Source of the DNA: Proteromonas lacertae
Taxonomy: Eukaryota
Assembly (NCBI GenBank): GCA_002245135.1
Contig: NGBS01000586.1
Coordinates: 124,001-188,000 of the forward strand
Reading direction: 5' to 3'
DNA length: 64,000 bases
Shown: piece after piece, positions 36,558 through 50,824 of the stretch
Layout of the letters: every line of letters begins with the position of its first letter
Position numbering within the stretch: the stretch's first letter is position 1
Position numbers and translations under genes: made by a program
The notes under the pieces: model-generated
The model's input: the letters and a program-made list of their open reading frames with translations, nothing else
What the model was told of the DNA's origin: nothing
Database searches by the model: none

Positions 36558-39500
36558 TTAAATCGCATTTGTATTATCTACACATTCTTTAATACATTTC
36601 TTCAAATTCTCTAACCATTCACTCTTAGAATCATAGTTATCACAAATAGCTACAAAACTCTTCTGAGGACTTCGAATTTCAAATGCATTCTTATATTCAC
36701 TATCATCATCCATATTATAAATTCTACAAGTCCTGAGAGGTATTACAGTATGTATATCATATTTACCAAACAATCCTTTTGAACAATAAATAATTGCATC
36801 ATTAAACAAAAAGAAGTTATATCTTTTGATATTTCCTTTTCTACATACTTTACCCATTTCACCCATCATTACATATCTTCTATTTCCATCCAATAAGAAG
36901 TCACTGTTACTAATTTTCATACAAATATCTTCTAAATCAGGAGATATATTCTATATAAAAAAATAATAAACATAATAATAATAATAATACGCTAACCAAT
37001 GTGGTGATTTTATCTTTAATATATTCGACTAATTCATTTATTCCACCTATCTCTATTTCAATAGATGTTTTAGTTCCATTTTCACTGATATTCTTTAAAA
37101 TATCTAATCCATTCATTGTCAAGTTCTTCTTTACTTCAGTCAAATCGAATTCTTTCTCTTCTTCATCTTCACCTATTGTATTTTCCCATTCACTTTTCAA
37201 TATTCTTATCACAATATCATAGAGCAATTTACCAATCTTTGTTTCACTTTCGTCATCTAAAAACAGTGAAGCGTAAAGTAAATCTCTTAATATTGGAATA
37301 CATAACTTTATGGACTTGTAACTACTTGTATCTAAACATCCTTGTAATGTTGAGTATATATCCCACCAATATAATTCATAGATTAATACAATCAACTCAG
37401 GACTGGAGATATAATTGTAATAATAGAAATTATTCTTCTTTATATCATATAATGCGGTAGCTGAGGCAATACTTTGATCAATTTCGCTTGTAAATAATAC
37501 AGAAGGATCATCAATTGGTTTTGGCTGACTATTTGGCATACGAATCTCATTAGTGACTATGTTATTGTATAAACCTTCTAAAAATTCCTATTTAAATAAA
37601 ATATATAATATAAATAAATAATAATAATAGAAATACTTTTGGTAAATCTTTTCCATCATCAATTCCTCTATTATTTGACACAAACTCTTCCAATTTCATC
37701 TTTCTCTCAGGTTTGATTTGATCATTATGAGCATCAGTATTCAACATAATCAAAGAATAACTCAATACCATAGCTACATCACAGCTACTAAATACACCAG
37801 GATTCTCTTTATAATATATCTGTGAAAACACTTCAACAAATCTTTCAATCTTTTGACTTTCACCAGGTAATCTAAAACCACTTTTTGTTAATAATCTTCT
37901 TAAAGCTTCAACGAAATCTAATCCTTTACAGTTTATTCCTTGTATATAATACATTCTTAGTTTGTTATAGAATGAAACTTCTTCATCAGTAACTCCACCT
38001 TCTCCTAAATAATCACCAACCAAATTTTCATCAATTTTGTCATTTTGAGATCTTAAAAATGTACAAATCACTTCAGGATCATCTCTCAAACAACCATTAT
38101 CAATTAAATATTTTATACCTTTCTTTAAACTCTCCTTTTCTACAGCAATATCTAAAGCTTTCTTTATTTTATCATCAATTTCACTCCTCTTTAATCTGTC
38201 ACTAATTACATTATAAGTACTACTATGTGCACTTAAAGTAGCTTGTGGAGTCTTCAAATCAAATTTCTTCATTTGATCAGGTTTAAATAACATCGTTGTG
38301 GCTTTCATTATTGAATCTTTCTTTGCTGCATCTTTATCTAATTCAGTATCATTTCCTATACTCCAAGATCTTGCAAATCGATTTCTCAATTCTTTATTAT
38401 TCACCATACTTTCAAACGTACAACATCCTTCCATTAAATATTTCACAATTACAGTCAATACTTCTAATGAACAACGCTGTAATTCTTCACTCTTATTGAT
38501 TATTACAGATGAACTTACACTGGAAACTCTTGCAGCATCTGTTGAGTTTGTATCATCGTCTGTACCAGGTGATAATGGATTTTCATCTCTGTCAACAGCT
38601 CTATTTTCAATTAATTGACAAATAATATTGACCAATTCATGTAGAATATTCCAATTATCATTATCATTATTATTATCATAATTTAAATATATTTCTATAA
38701 TTGAATATGGTCCATCAAACAACTTATAGATTGTTTTCATTATATATATCTTTTGTAAGATTGTTGAGTTATGAGACTTTAGTATTTTAATATATATATG
38801 ATGAATAAATATAGCTATTTCAAGTGGAAAACAATCTCTATAATATTTCCACATTAAATAAGTCAAATCAATGAAATTCTTGAAATAATCATTATTCAAT
38901 AAACAATTACCTTCACCAAACTTTAATAATGAAGGAATAAACATTTTCTTAATAATAGATATCATTCCCATGTCTCTAATTAAAGAGTGTTTTGTTGTTG
39001 TTAATAAAATGTTCAATAATTCTAATGAAAATGATTTATAAGCAACTTCATGATTTTGGAGTGTAGTAATTGTATATTTAAATTCCACTGTTTTTATTAA
39101 GTATAAAAATGTTGTTACAATATTACGATTATCAATATTTAAGTATAATTCATTAATATAAGGTTTCATTTCTTGGATGTATTCAACACATGGTGTTTTA
39201 TACTTTTCAGATATTTTCAAAATACTTAACATTAAAAAGTCAATCTCAGCTTCATGTACTACTTTCCATATTGCATCTTTAATAATTTCTTCATCATTTT
39301 TCTTATCTGTAACATATATACCTGGTTCATCTAAACATCTTTCACCTTCACATCTTAAACCTAATATAGAAAATATGGTTGATGCTAAATTGGAGAGTTT
39401 TTTTATATTTCTTCTCATGAAGTCCATTTCATCCATATATTCTCTTTGAATGTTAAACTTTGATTGTGATTTTGCTATTTTCTGCTGGATATTTAAATAA

Positions 39501-40969
39501 GTTGATTTATTCAATGAATAAAGATATAAATCAAATAATGATTCTATTACTCGATGAATCAATGGGTTACTAACACCATTAGAAGCACTACCTACAATAT
39601 TAATGATTATTTCATCAATATAATCCTTCTCTAAACCATAGAACTTGTGATGTGTTGCTGCTAATACAATTTGCATAATTACATCACTGAAATCTTGACT
39701 CTAGCAATAAAATAAAATAAAATATATAAATTATACAGTTTTTGATTTAACAAGAAATTTCTTTTGAATTATCATCTTTCCTAACGATTTCAATGCATAC
39801 TCTGATATTTCAATTGATTGTTTCAATGTTGATTTATCTTTTGGATCTTGCTTCATATCATAAGGATATCTAATAATAAAATGTAATAACGGTTGTAAAT
39901 ATTTGGATAAAATGTTCAAAGCTGTATCATCGATTTGTTCTGTATTATCTGAACTACTGTACAAACTGTAACCTCTTGTTCTACCTTCAATATCTGCCTT
40001 TTCTTCATTGGATAGAGGTATGTCAAGTTTGGGTTGATTTTCTGGAGTAAATCTGACTGATAACATATCGGCAGTGGATATTTGTGGATTAAATACTGTT
40101 GAACTTCCATTTAGAATTTGTTTAAAAAACGAATAATTCTAATATTGAAATAATAATAATAATATTTATATACTCTTTTTATACAGAATGAACTATCTAA
40201 TTCTCTTTGTAATAATTTATAACCTGATATAGAATAAGCAACTTCTTCATATCCATAGGGACATTCTTCAAAGAAATAAGCACTTATTATTTTTATATCC
40301 GTTATATGGACATCCTGGTGCCTTTGTAAAACATAAATAGGAATCTTGACCTATATCTACATCAATCAGATGATAACCTATTTTAATAGAATTATAACGT
40401 ATGTATATATACTTAGTGGACATGCTTCATTATATTCTGTTTTAACTATTGCGATATTAGTAATTGGAACATCAGAAGGAGTTCCATACTTATATATTAC
40501 ATATAAATTCTTTTCTTTGGATGGTGTTAATGCAGCTGGACCATCTTGCATTGGAGCCCTTACACCTCTATAACCTTTTGGCATTTTGTTAATCTATTGA
40601 AATAATAAGCATATATTTAGAATATACATCTTCTATTATCTTAATATCGACGATTGGCTTGTAAGCTTCTTTATTCAATGAAGAATATTCTGGTCTAGGA
40701 GTATAGACTACTAACAAATAATACGACTCTGGCTTATCCGGTTCTAGTAGTCTTGTACACAAGTCTGTATCAAATTTATTTCCCTAAATTTTTAGATACA
40801 CTAGTGAACATACATATTTTTGATTTTTGCTTTGTATTGATTTTAATGCTTCTATAGCAGTGTCTTTAAATTGAGATATGACTTTTTTCTCAGAATTGAG
40901 ATTACTTGAAGCTATGAGGAATATTACGATAAATATAATACAAGCACTGACTTTTATTGGCTGACTCAT
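36558..40969 (-). CDS. Large Sec7-domain ArfGEF (MABP-like N-terminus, HUS-like region, Sec7, C-terminal PH)
   Basis: YLNYD (HUS box), FRLPGESQKIERF, IMLNTDAHN and PH domain FFLFNDAIIY...NAFEI...KSF...W. Confidence 0.9.
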
Positions 40970-41403
40970 CTTTATATTTCAATCTTTTATATTGCACACA
41001 CTGTTATACAGCTAAAAGTTGAAAGAATATCTATTGACAAGCCAAACTTTTTGTAATGTCGATTCAATATCAGAAGTAAAATTTGGGATAGTTTCGTATT
41101 TAAAACAAGAAAAGAGGATAAATTTATAAAAATGTACCACTATAAAATTATATTTTTTTTGTTAGCGTTTCTTTTTTTCTAGATCAGTTGAATTACTTAG
41201 ATCTATTAACTTTTATAGAAACACTTTGGATAATCTCTACATCATCCCAACCATCTTCATCATTCTTATCCAACTTAATATCTTTCCATAACTTCTGATC
41301 TTCCAGATTTGGTGAAAGCGCTATATCTTCATAAGGTTTTATTAATTTGTAAAAAATCTTATATATTGCAAAATAGAATAATAATATAATTTATTATATA
41401 AGC

Positions 41404-44400
41404 TTAACTAGTTTCAATCTCATCAGATTGAGTAACATATCTTTCATATATTAACACTTCAAATTTTTTATCATCTGATATATTTGAAATATCACATAAA
41501 ATGTTGAAGTAATAACCATAATTAGTTTTAAAAATAACACCATCTAGAATATAATCATTTTCTCCTATTCTTATTGTTTTTTCAATATTAGTTTTGTCAA
41601 ATTCACCTTTTATATGAATAATAATTATATCTGAGAATAGAGTATATAGTTCCACAATATTATTTAAGTCAAAATTATTATTATTTGCAACCACATCCAC
41701 ATAATAACAATTATTTCCAGAAGCTGTTATTATTTTAAACATATCTTTTACCTCAATACTGATATTTTCATTATTCAGTAATTCAATAAAGAAATCGATT
41801 GGATTTTCACTAAAACCTATTTTTTCTCTTGTTATTTCTATTAACATTTCATCAGAATTTGCTTCTTGATATAATACTTTTAACAAACTATCTTCTTCGC
41901 TATTAACAATATCTTTAACTCTATTAATCTTTAGTAACAGTCTTATACATGCAATACTACATGTTACTTTTGTATACATATCATTATTAGGAATTCCTTT
42001 AACATCATCTACTTTAAGTATTTTAGATTTAAGTAAAATATCTTCACATTGCATTTTTTCATCTAATTTTCTTTTTAAATAACCATTTCTAAGTATAATT
42101 TTATTTTTATCATTTCTCAACTGTTTCACTACTTCTAATAAACTTTTAAATTGTTCATTTGAACAAATATTTCTAATATCATCACAAGTTGCTACTACAA
42201 AATATATATCCATATTGATATCCTTTATGTATTCATTTAAAATAACATATAGTTGATTGTCAATCATATCCGCACTTCTATTATCATTGATATTATATCT
42301 TGGGTATATTATAACATTGTTCATAACAAAAACCATTTCATTGTGTTTATTTATTATATACTCTCCAACATAGTAACCTTCTGTTGATTTTGTATATCTA
42401 GGAAAATGACTCTTGAAAATATTACTATCACTTTCATTAAATATTTTTGTACACATACCTTCCCATAAATTATAATTCATTATTCTATACCACAGTAATT
42501 CATTGAATAATAATTTATACAAAGGATGACTTTGGTCATTTATAATCGAACTAAAATAATAATTGTTCATTGCATCAGCTTGTTTAATACTTAATTTATG
42601 ACTTGTATATGAATAAATATAATTAAATACTTCTTTTGATACAAATTCCAATTGATATTTATTAATTAGATTGTAATTTAATGTTTTGTATTTAAAAACA
42701 TAATGTGATAAATCTGTATCGAATTTATCTAATCTCATATTAATATCATTTTCTAAATTATTATTTTCACTTTCACATGCTACAATATATTTCTTTATAA
42801 AATCAAAATAACCAAGATTTGCTATAATAGTGTTTATACAGCTGGTGTATATCTCGTCCCAATAATTTCTTCCATAATATACTTCGAAAATTGCAGCAAA
42901 ATATAGATGTCTTGGAACTCTATTATAATATGGAATTAATTTATCAATTACTTCACCTAAATTTGGTGGTAAACAACTATTCTTCCAATTTGTAATTTCT
43001 AAATCACTAAAAACATCCAAATAATAATAAATTCGTTCTGTTTCATCCATTTTGGTAATACATGAATAATTTTTTCGGTCTGGTGAACTGACATTGATGA
43101 TTATATAATATTCACTATAAACATCTGGATTAAAATCTGCCGAGTCACATATCATTATATTATTATTATTTACTCCTTGCACCAAATGATATCCACCTAA
43201 ATAAAACATATTTTCATCAGATCTTCTCCCCACTTCTTCTTGTTTTGAACTTTTAAAATAAGAAAGACTTAATTCATCTATTTTAATTTTCTTTTTCATT
43301 TCAATAAATTTTAATATGAAATAAATTATAAAGGAGGATTTTCCACATCCTGGCTGACCTCTCAGTAAATAGTATCTCTTCATGATTAAACTATCATCAT
43401 TTATAATATCAATTTTCTTCTTTAGTTCTGTTTGTATAACTATTATAAATGTTTTTCTTGTTCTATCATCATTCATTCTACTATCATTATAATCAATCAT
43501 TTTAATATCATCATAACTCGCTTTGATGTAATTTAAAATAAATTTTAGTTTATCAATATTGTCTTTATATTTATCCAATAAATTAATAAGGTAATGTATT
43601 TTTATTCTTTCCCAAAATATTGAATAAAAGCCTCTGATTAATACAAATCTGGTAGGATATTGAAATATTTTAACTTCGTCATTTAGTTTTATAAATTTCT
43701 CATTTTTAACAAAAAAAGGTATTTTATCATCTGAATCAAATATCAATTTCATGTAATCAACAGCTATGAAATTATAGATACAATAAATATATTTATATAC
43801 ATGTTACTATTTCTTTACTTTCATTATTTATTTCAATTGTTTTCATTCTTTCCTCAATTTCATTTTCTAATAGACAACTACCTGAAGGAGGAGGAGGAGG
43901 AGGATTCATTTGATCCATCATTTTTACATTATCAACATCACTTGGAGTAAAATCATAAACAAAAGGAGTATCATTTTCAATAGTATATTTTGCATTGGAT
44001 GAAGTAATCAATTTACATTCTTTACAATAAAACATTATGTTTCTATCTGGAATATGATCTGATATATAAAAGTCTGCATTTATATATTCACAATTTCTAT
44101 TAATTGTTTTTTTCTTATTACAGTTTCTACATGTTATTACTTCTGTTATTTCATATACTTTATTAGATCCTTTTAACTCTTTCATTTTATTATAAAGTTT
44201 ATCATATTCATAATATTCACCATTTGAATCTCTTTCTTCAAATATTATACCTTCTCCTTCTGTTTCTTCTACTTCTTCAACTTTTATTTCGTTATTACTA
44301 GCATCATAATAATTTTCAGCAATATTTCCATCTCTTAGTTCACCTATTGATTTTATTAAGAGTTTTGGTTTATTCTTTGGTTGAATCTCATCTTTATCTA

Positions 44401-45493
44401 AATAATTATAAACTTTATCATTAACTTCAAAGGTTGTAGGACATTTATAATTTCTTAAAATCTTATCAAATTTTTGTAATCCTTCTTTTAGTGAATGACA
44501 CAACAAGTTTGATAAATCCAGGTTTATTAAATTTGAATCTAAAAAACTTTTCAATGTTGAATTACTTTTTATCTTCTGTATCAAGTAATTTGTTGTCTTA
44601 TTTGAGTCAATTTTGATATTATCATCATTACTATTATAATATACTTGATTTAAGTTCACAGTGGAATTATTGCATGAAAAATTTTCAAGACTAACATCAC
44701 AGTTCTTTTTTACAATATCAAATATATCCTTAGATATAAATCTCAAACTTTTAGGAATATCTGTAACCTTTTTGATATCATATATATATATAATGTCGTT
44801 GTATTCTCCTGTTAACATATAGCTGATTCCACCTTTATAATTTTGTATTTTATTATTACAATTTAACTTACATAATCCACCTATTCCTCCATACTTTTTT
44901 ATTTTTTCTAATAATATAACTTCTATATCTGAAAATATTTTCATTTCATATTCATTGAAGGGAATAATCGACAATTGGATTGGATACCTTTTTGAACGCA
45001 TTACTTTGTAGTTTTTTAAGTGGGGTCTTGATATTAATATGACTACACTATAATTACTAAATTGATCTTCGGTTATGGGAACATTATCACTTATAATTAT
45101 CGACTTACTACAACCTAGTTGATTTGAGGGCAATCCTTCCACTTTATGATATCTATCTTCGTTCCATTCTTTCATAAAGTACGAATTTTCATCAGATCGA
45201 AATACCACACGATATTCTTTACAATAGATAAATTTGTAACACAAATACCTACATAGATAGGTCTTACCTATTTGCATATTGCCATAAATAAGGAAATTCT
45301 TTTGTTCAGGTTCTGGATTTATTATAAAAGATGAAATTTGGCTATAAATATCTTCATAACATTTTCTAAACATAAAAAAAGGTTTTCTTTTGTATTTAAA
45401 TTGTAGCTCACGTGTACAACCTTCTATTTCATTATACACTTCTACTATATCGGTAGTACTCTTCAACCCATTAATAATATCTGCAATATCCAT
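41404..45493 (-). CDS. Crinkler/RHS-type (CR-NTPase) protein with two P-loop domains and degenerate USP-like segments
   Basis: FRKCYEDIY...GNMQIGKT and GQPGCGKS...VSSPDRKNY...RVPR. A phase-1 intron at 43764-43800 joins the two ORFs in frame. Confidence 0.7.
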
Positions 45494-45765
45494 TCTACTA
45501 ACTTATTATCTAAAAACCATCTAAAAATGTATAGTGATTAATAATAGATTTTAAATCAAAGGGCAAACATCCCATTTATATACCACACTTATCAGCTACA
45601 CTTATCTATTTCAATAAGCATCTAATATCAAGATTAAGTTTTGTGATAAAGTTATATTTTGACGATTTTTTATTGTTTAATTCTTTATAGTTGTTAAGTA
45701 AAAACGTTTTAAAGTCATAAAAAATACTTCAAAAGAATTAATTGTGAATAAATTTTAATGATTAT

Positions 45766-47893
45766 CTAACTATATTGATGAGAAGCTGATAATAATTCAA
45801 GTGATGTGTATTCCCAGGATAAATCAGCATATGGATATAATGGAGAAGGTAAATCTTTAACAAGTAAAACAGGAGATGAATTATTATGACTTATCCAAAA
45901 TTCTCTTTTATTCATATCAATAATCACTTCATAAATTGAACCATCTCCATGATTATTGAAATTTGGATTTACTGTAACAACTCTTCCAATATGGCAATAT
46001 CTTGTAATATCTTGACTTTCACCATAAGATGCATAATAATTACATGTTGTTGATTGATAATAAATACTATTACCAGAATATGTATTATCTGTTGATAATC
46101 CTAACATTATATCATAATAACTTCCATTTCGATGAAATTGATATTTGATATGATAAACTCCATTTTCCATTTTCAGATTCAAATAACAATGATAATAACC
46201 ATCTTCATTTATATTTGTTATTAATTTTCCATTATTTGAGATTGATATTCCATAACTTTTGTTTAATTTAGTAAATTTTATATCAACAAATTCTAATGAT
46301 ATTTTAAAATTCTTTTCATTTCGATTATTCTTACAACTTATTTCATATTCGCTCTTTTCGATTTCTTTATCCACTTTTCCATGAATTATTCCACTCTCTT
46401 TGTCTATCATTATTCCATCAACTAATGAAGGATTGATTGAAAATTCACATCGATTTCCATCAAATGAAGGAATTATTGACATTTCTTCATCTAATATAAA
46501 TGAATATTCTGATTGAGGATATGAAAATGATGTGATTTCTTTTGTTTTTAATTCATTCAATAATTCTTTATCTTTCATTATTACAATCATTTCTTCTTCT
46601 TCTTCGAAACTCAGTTTATTCTCTTTTATATATTCTATTAATAATTCTTTAGATTTGGAGTTTAAATAATTATCTTCATTCAATATTCTAAAAAGAATTT
46701 CTTTTCCACATACTTCTTCTATTATTGAAATATTCTTTTTATCATCAACAAACAAACATAAACATTTCATTGTTCGATTTCTTTTATTCTCACTATATTC
46801 CATACATAATCTATCCAATAGATTTCTCTTTTCTATATTTGAGATATATTCTATTTAAATATATTTTTAGTATTTATACTTTCCATTTTCACATTTTTAT
46901 ATTTCATTATCATCAATACTATTTCCATCATTTTTATGTTATTCATTTCTAATATACACATTATTTCATCATTCAATTCTTCTTTTTCCATTTTATCCAA
47001 TATTCTTCTTTCTTCTTCATTAAAGTCTTCTTCTTTATTATCTTCATTGTAATTGTTGATTATTACATTTTGAATTTCTATCATCTTTTATACAATATAT
47101 TTCTATATGATTTTTACATTCATTTTTCTTTAATTCTATTTTCATTTCTTTCAACATTTCTTTATTCTCTTTTTCTATCTCTTTCTCTTTTATCTTTTCA
47201 CAATCGATATCTTCTTCTATCAATTGCTTAAAATCATCTTTAATCCCTTCATTATCATTGTTATTCTTTTGGAATTTATACCATTCAAATAAACGATTTA
47301 ATAACCATAACTCATTCACTATTATCACATCTTTCATATTTAATATCTCGATCAAATTATTCATTTCTAATCTCAACAAATATTCATTCTTATATAAATA
47401 TTTATATCCTCGCTTTTCTATTTCCATATTTTTCAAGTCTTCTATCTCTCTCAAACATCCACCAAATACATTACAGATATGAATTAATTTCATTAATACT
47501 TCATCATCTATATTATTCTTCATAAATTCATAACAATCATTTATTATCTCTTTTTCACAATAACATAAACAAAACATCAACACTTCACACACACTCTCTT
47601 TACAGATTATCAGTTCACCACCACTGTAGTATTTCTCCATCTCATAATAGCCAATTTCTTCGATTTCTTCATATAACTCCAAAACTCCAACAAACTCACG
47701 ATCTAACAACAGTTTCTTTACAGTTTCATTTCCATTTACTAAAATTGACTTGATTGACATTATTCGGCTATCTCCAATCTTCACTTCTATATCACCAAAA
47801 CCACTTTCAACCAATTTTCGACATAATCTATCATAAAAATAAATATAAAATATACCCCTCTTCTTTTATTTCTTTATTCACTTTTGTTATCAT
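45766..47893 (-). CDS. BTB - putative Ig - SPRY-like protein, paralog of 5579-7716
   Basis: Same first-intron position (G|LCR), FSINPSLVDGIMIDKESGIIHG, YHCYLNLKMENGVYH and SPLYPY. An apparent homopolymer frameshift lies near 47088. Confidence 0.7.
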
Positions 47894-48286
47894 CTTTATG
47901 TAAATATATAACAAAAATAACGAAATTCGATTTTTATCAAAATTTTGAATAACCCAAAAATTGAAATGTGATTTTATTGTTGATATATGATGGTAAATAC
48001 AATACTGTTGTTGCAATCCAGTTTGAGTATATTAATGTGAGCATATAATAATGTAATAGATCATGAATATGTTTGTTAAAGTGTTAATAAATGTTTTGAA
48101 TATATAGAATAACATAAATATAAATATTAACTATAATTCAATGTAATGAAAGTTTTATTGTAAATAAAAATGATTTACTATAATTCAAAGTAAATTATCT
48201 GTAAGATAAATTAATATTATTATTCACAAATACAATACATCAATTAAAACATATTACTATAAAAGTAATTTGGGGTTTAAGTTATT

Positions 48287-50789
48287 TTATTCATTTTCAG
48301 ATGATCTATTATCAATAGAATCAGTCATTTCATTTAATAAACTAAATCTCTCTTTATTTCTATCCATTATTTCAGACACATCCTGTTGAACCATGCTTTT
48401 AAGAATAGGCGATTTTATCTTAGATTCTAATTCTAATTCAGGATCAACAGGAGGACCCTTTCTTTTTCCATGTTCATCTACAAACTTAACATCGTCATCA
48501 CTCTCATCATCTTCATATTCCACATAGATTTCAGGAGGTGTTTTTATTGTATAAGGATATACATAATACTGATCATCTTCATCAAATGATAAATCAATTA
48601 AAAATCGATTTCTCTCATGAGGATAAGCTATATAAACTTCAGGTGCATCTTTTACTGTGTATGGATATACATAATATTTATCATCTAAACTATATGATAG
48701 ATCTATTTGATATTTATTGTTATTATTTCTTGAGAATTTTATTTCTTTATCATCTTTATTTTCTATATAATTTGATCTGGAAAGATCTAATGGAGGAATC
48801 ACTTGGTTTATTGGAATTGGTGTCTTTGGTGTTTGATATGTATCTTCAACTACGTCTTCTTCAGCTTCAGAATCATTACGAGAAGTTCCTAATATTGGCT
48901 CAATAGAATATGCCTCTGATAATGGTGTTTTTGGTTCTACATATAACTCTTGAACTACATCATACAATTTCCTATTTACTGGCTCATTTACTGTAATAGT
49001 AGTTCTAGTTGTTGATGTTGGTTGCGGTGGATGTGATGGTGGAGGTAAATCCATTGAATTGTTTAATTCTGGTGGAGATAAGGGAGGACCTTCAATTGGA
49101 CCATTTTGTACTTTATTTAATAACGATGGTAATGGTGTTTTTGGTGTTTGATAAGTATCTTCCACAATGTCTTCTTCTACATCAGAATCATTACGAGAAG
49201 TACCTAAAAGAGGTTCTGTTGAAAATGTTTCTGATTGTGGTGTTTGTGATTGAATAGATAATTCTTTGATTATATCATTCAACTTTCTATTGGTTGGTTG
49301 ATTATCTGTTTCAGATGTGTGTTGTTGAGGAAATTCTTTTTCTTCTTCTTGTTCATCATTATCACCAACTTTCTGAGGTATTTCGAACAACATATTATTA
49401 CTGTTTCCCTCTTCATTATTCTTTATTTCATTCACATCAGGTAAACTCTCCATATCTTCATACACTTCATTATAATCATCATCAATCTCATTCTTATCAG
49501 GAGTATCAGCATATATTATCATCTCACTATTATCTACAAATCCATTTTTATCTTCTGTTTGTTCTACTAATTGAGTGGTAGTATTAGTTACACTTGTTGT
49601 TGTTGATTCTGTTTGTTGCATTACATCTCTTATTCTCATTATATCTGCGATTGTTGTGTCTATTACTTCAGTTACTACTTCATTTGTATTCTCTTCATCA
49701 TTTTCTGTTTCTTCTGTTTCCTCTTCTTCTTCTTCTTCATTATCTTCGTTATCTCCATCATAATCCTCTTCACCAGCATTAGCTACTTTTATTATTTCAT
49801 TATCATTATTTATATCTATTTTATTATCTTCTCTTTCTTTAATATCATTAATTACACTTCTGTTAAGTTCATCCATACTTTCATCTTCTATTTTCTCTTC
49901 TTCATAAATATTTATATTCTTTTCTTCTCCATTGATTGTATCATCTTTTGATATATTTATTTCATCATAATCAATGTATGGTAAACTTTCATCATTCATT
50001 CTTTTTCTTTCAGTAACAACATCATTTTCTTTATTTTCTAGTTCATGTAATTTTTCTTCTTTCTTTTCTTCTACTTCTTCTTCCTCTGTTTCTTCGCTGA
50101 ATATTGTCTTTTTATTTATATATGGGCTGTCAGGCATTACTACTTCATTACTTATTGTTGGGAAGAATGGAGGAATTGGTACAGCTTCAGCTTCTGATAA
50201 TACATTCTCTTCTTCGATCTTTGGTTTTTCTATTTCAATATTTGTATTGTCTGTTTGTTGATTGTTTGTTTCAGTGTTTATTACTTCTGCTTTAGGAATA
50301 TCATTACTCTTTATTTCTTTATCTTCAACATTATCATCTATTTCTTTATTATCATCTTCATTCTTTTCTTCTTCTTCTTCTTTATCTATCTCCATTTTTT
50401 CTTCTTTTTCCTTTTTATCTTTTATCTCTGATAATTCTTCCAATATTTCACCTTCATCTTCTTCATCATCTGTATCTTTTGGACCAGGATGGAAAGGCAA
50501 TTTTGCATCTTCTAATTCACTTACATCAACTGTAATTTGTTGATGTTTAAATATATATTCATCTTCATCAGTACAACTATCACAATCAATTATCACTTTC
50601 TTATTTACTAATTCTTCTTTTAATGATAATGTCTTTGGATCTGATGATGATAAATAATTATCTATTTTTTCATTCTTATTCGATACTTCAGTTTTGGATA
50701 AATCAATGTTTATATTTTCATCTAAACCAGCTAATGGTATGATTATTTCATTTTCATTACCATCTTCTTCATCATCTTCATCATCCTCG

Positions 50790-50824
<35 letters not shown>

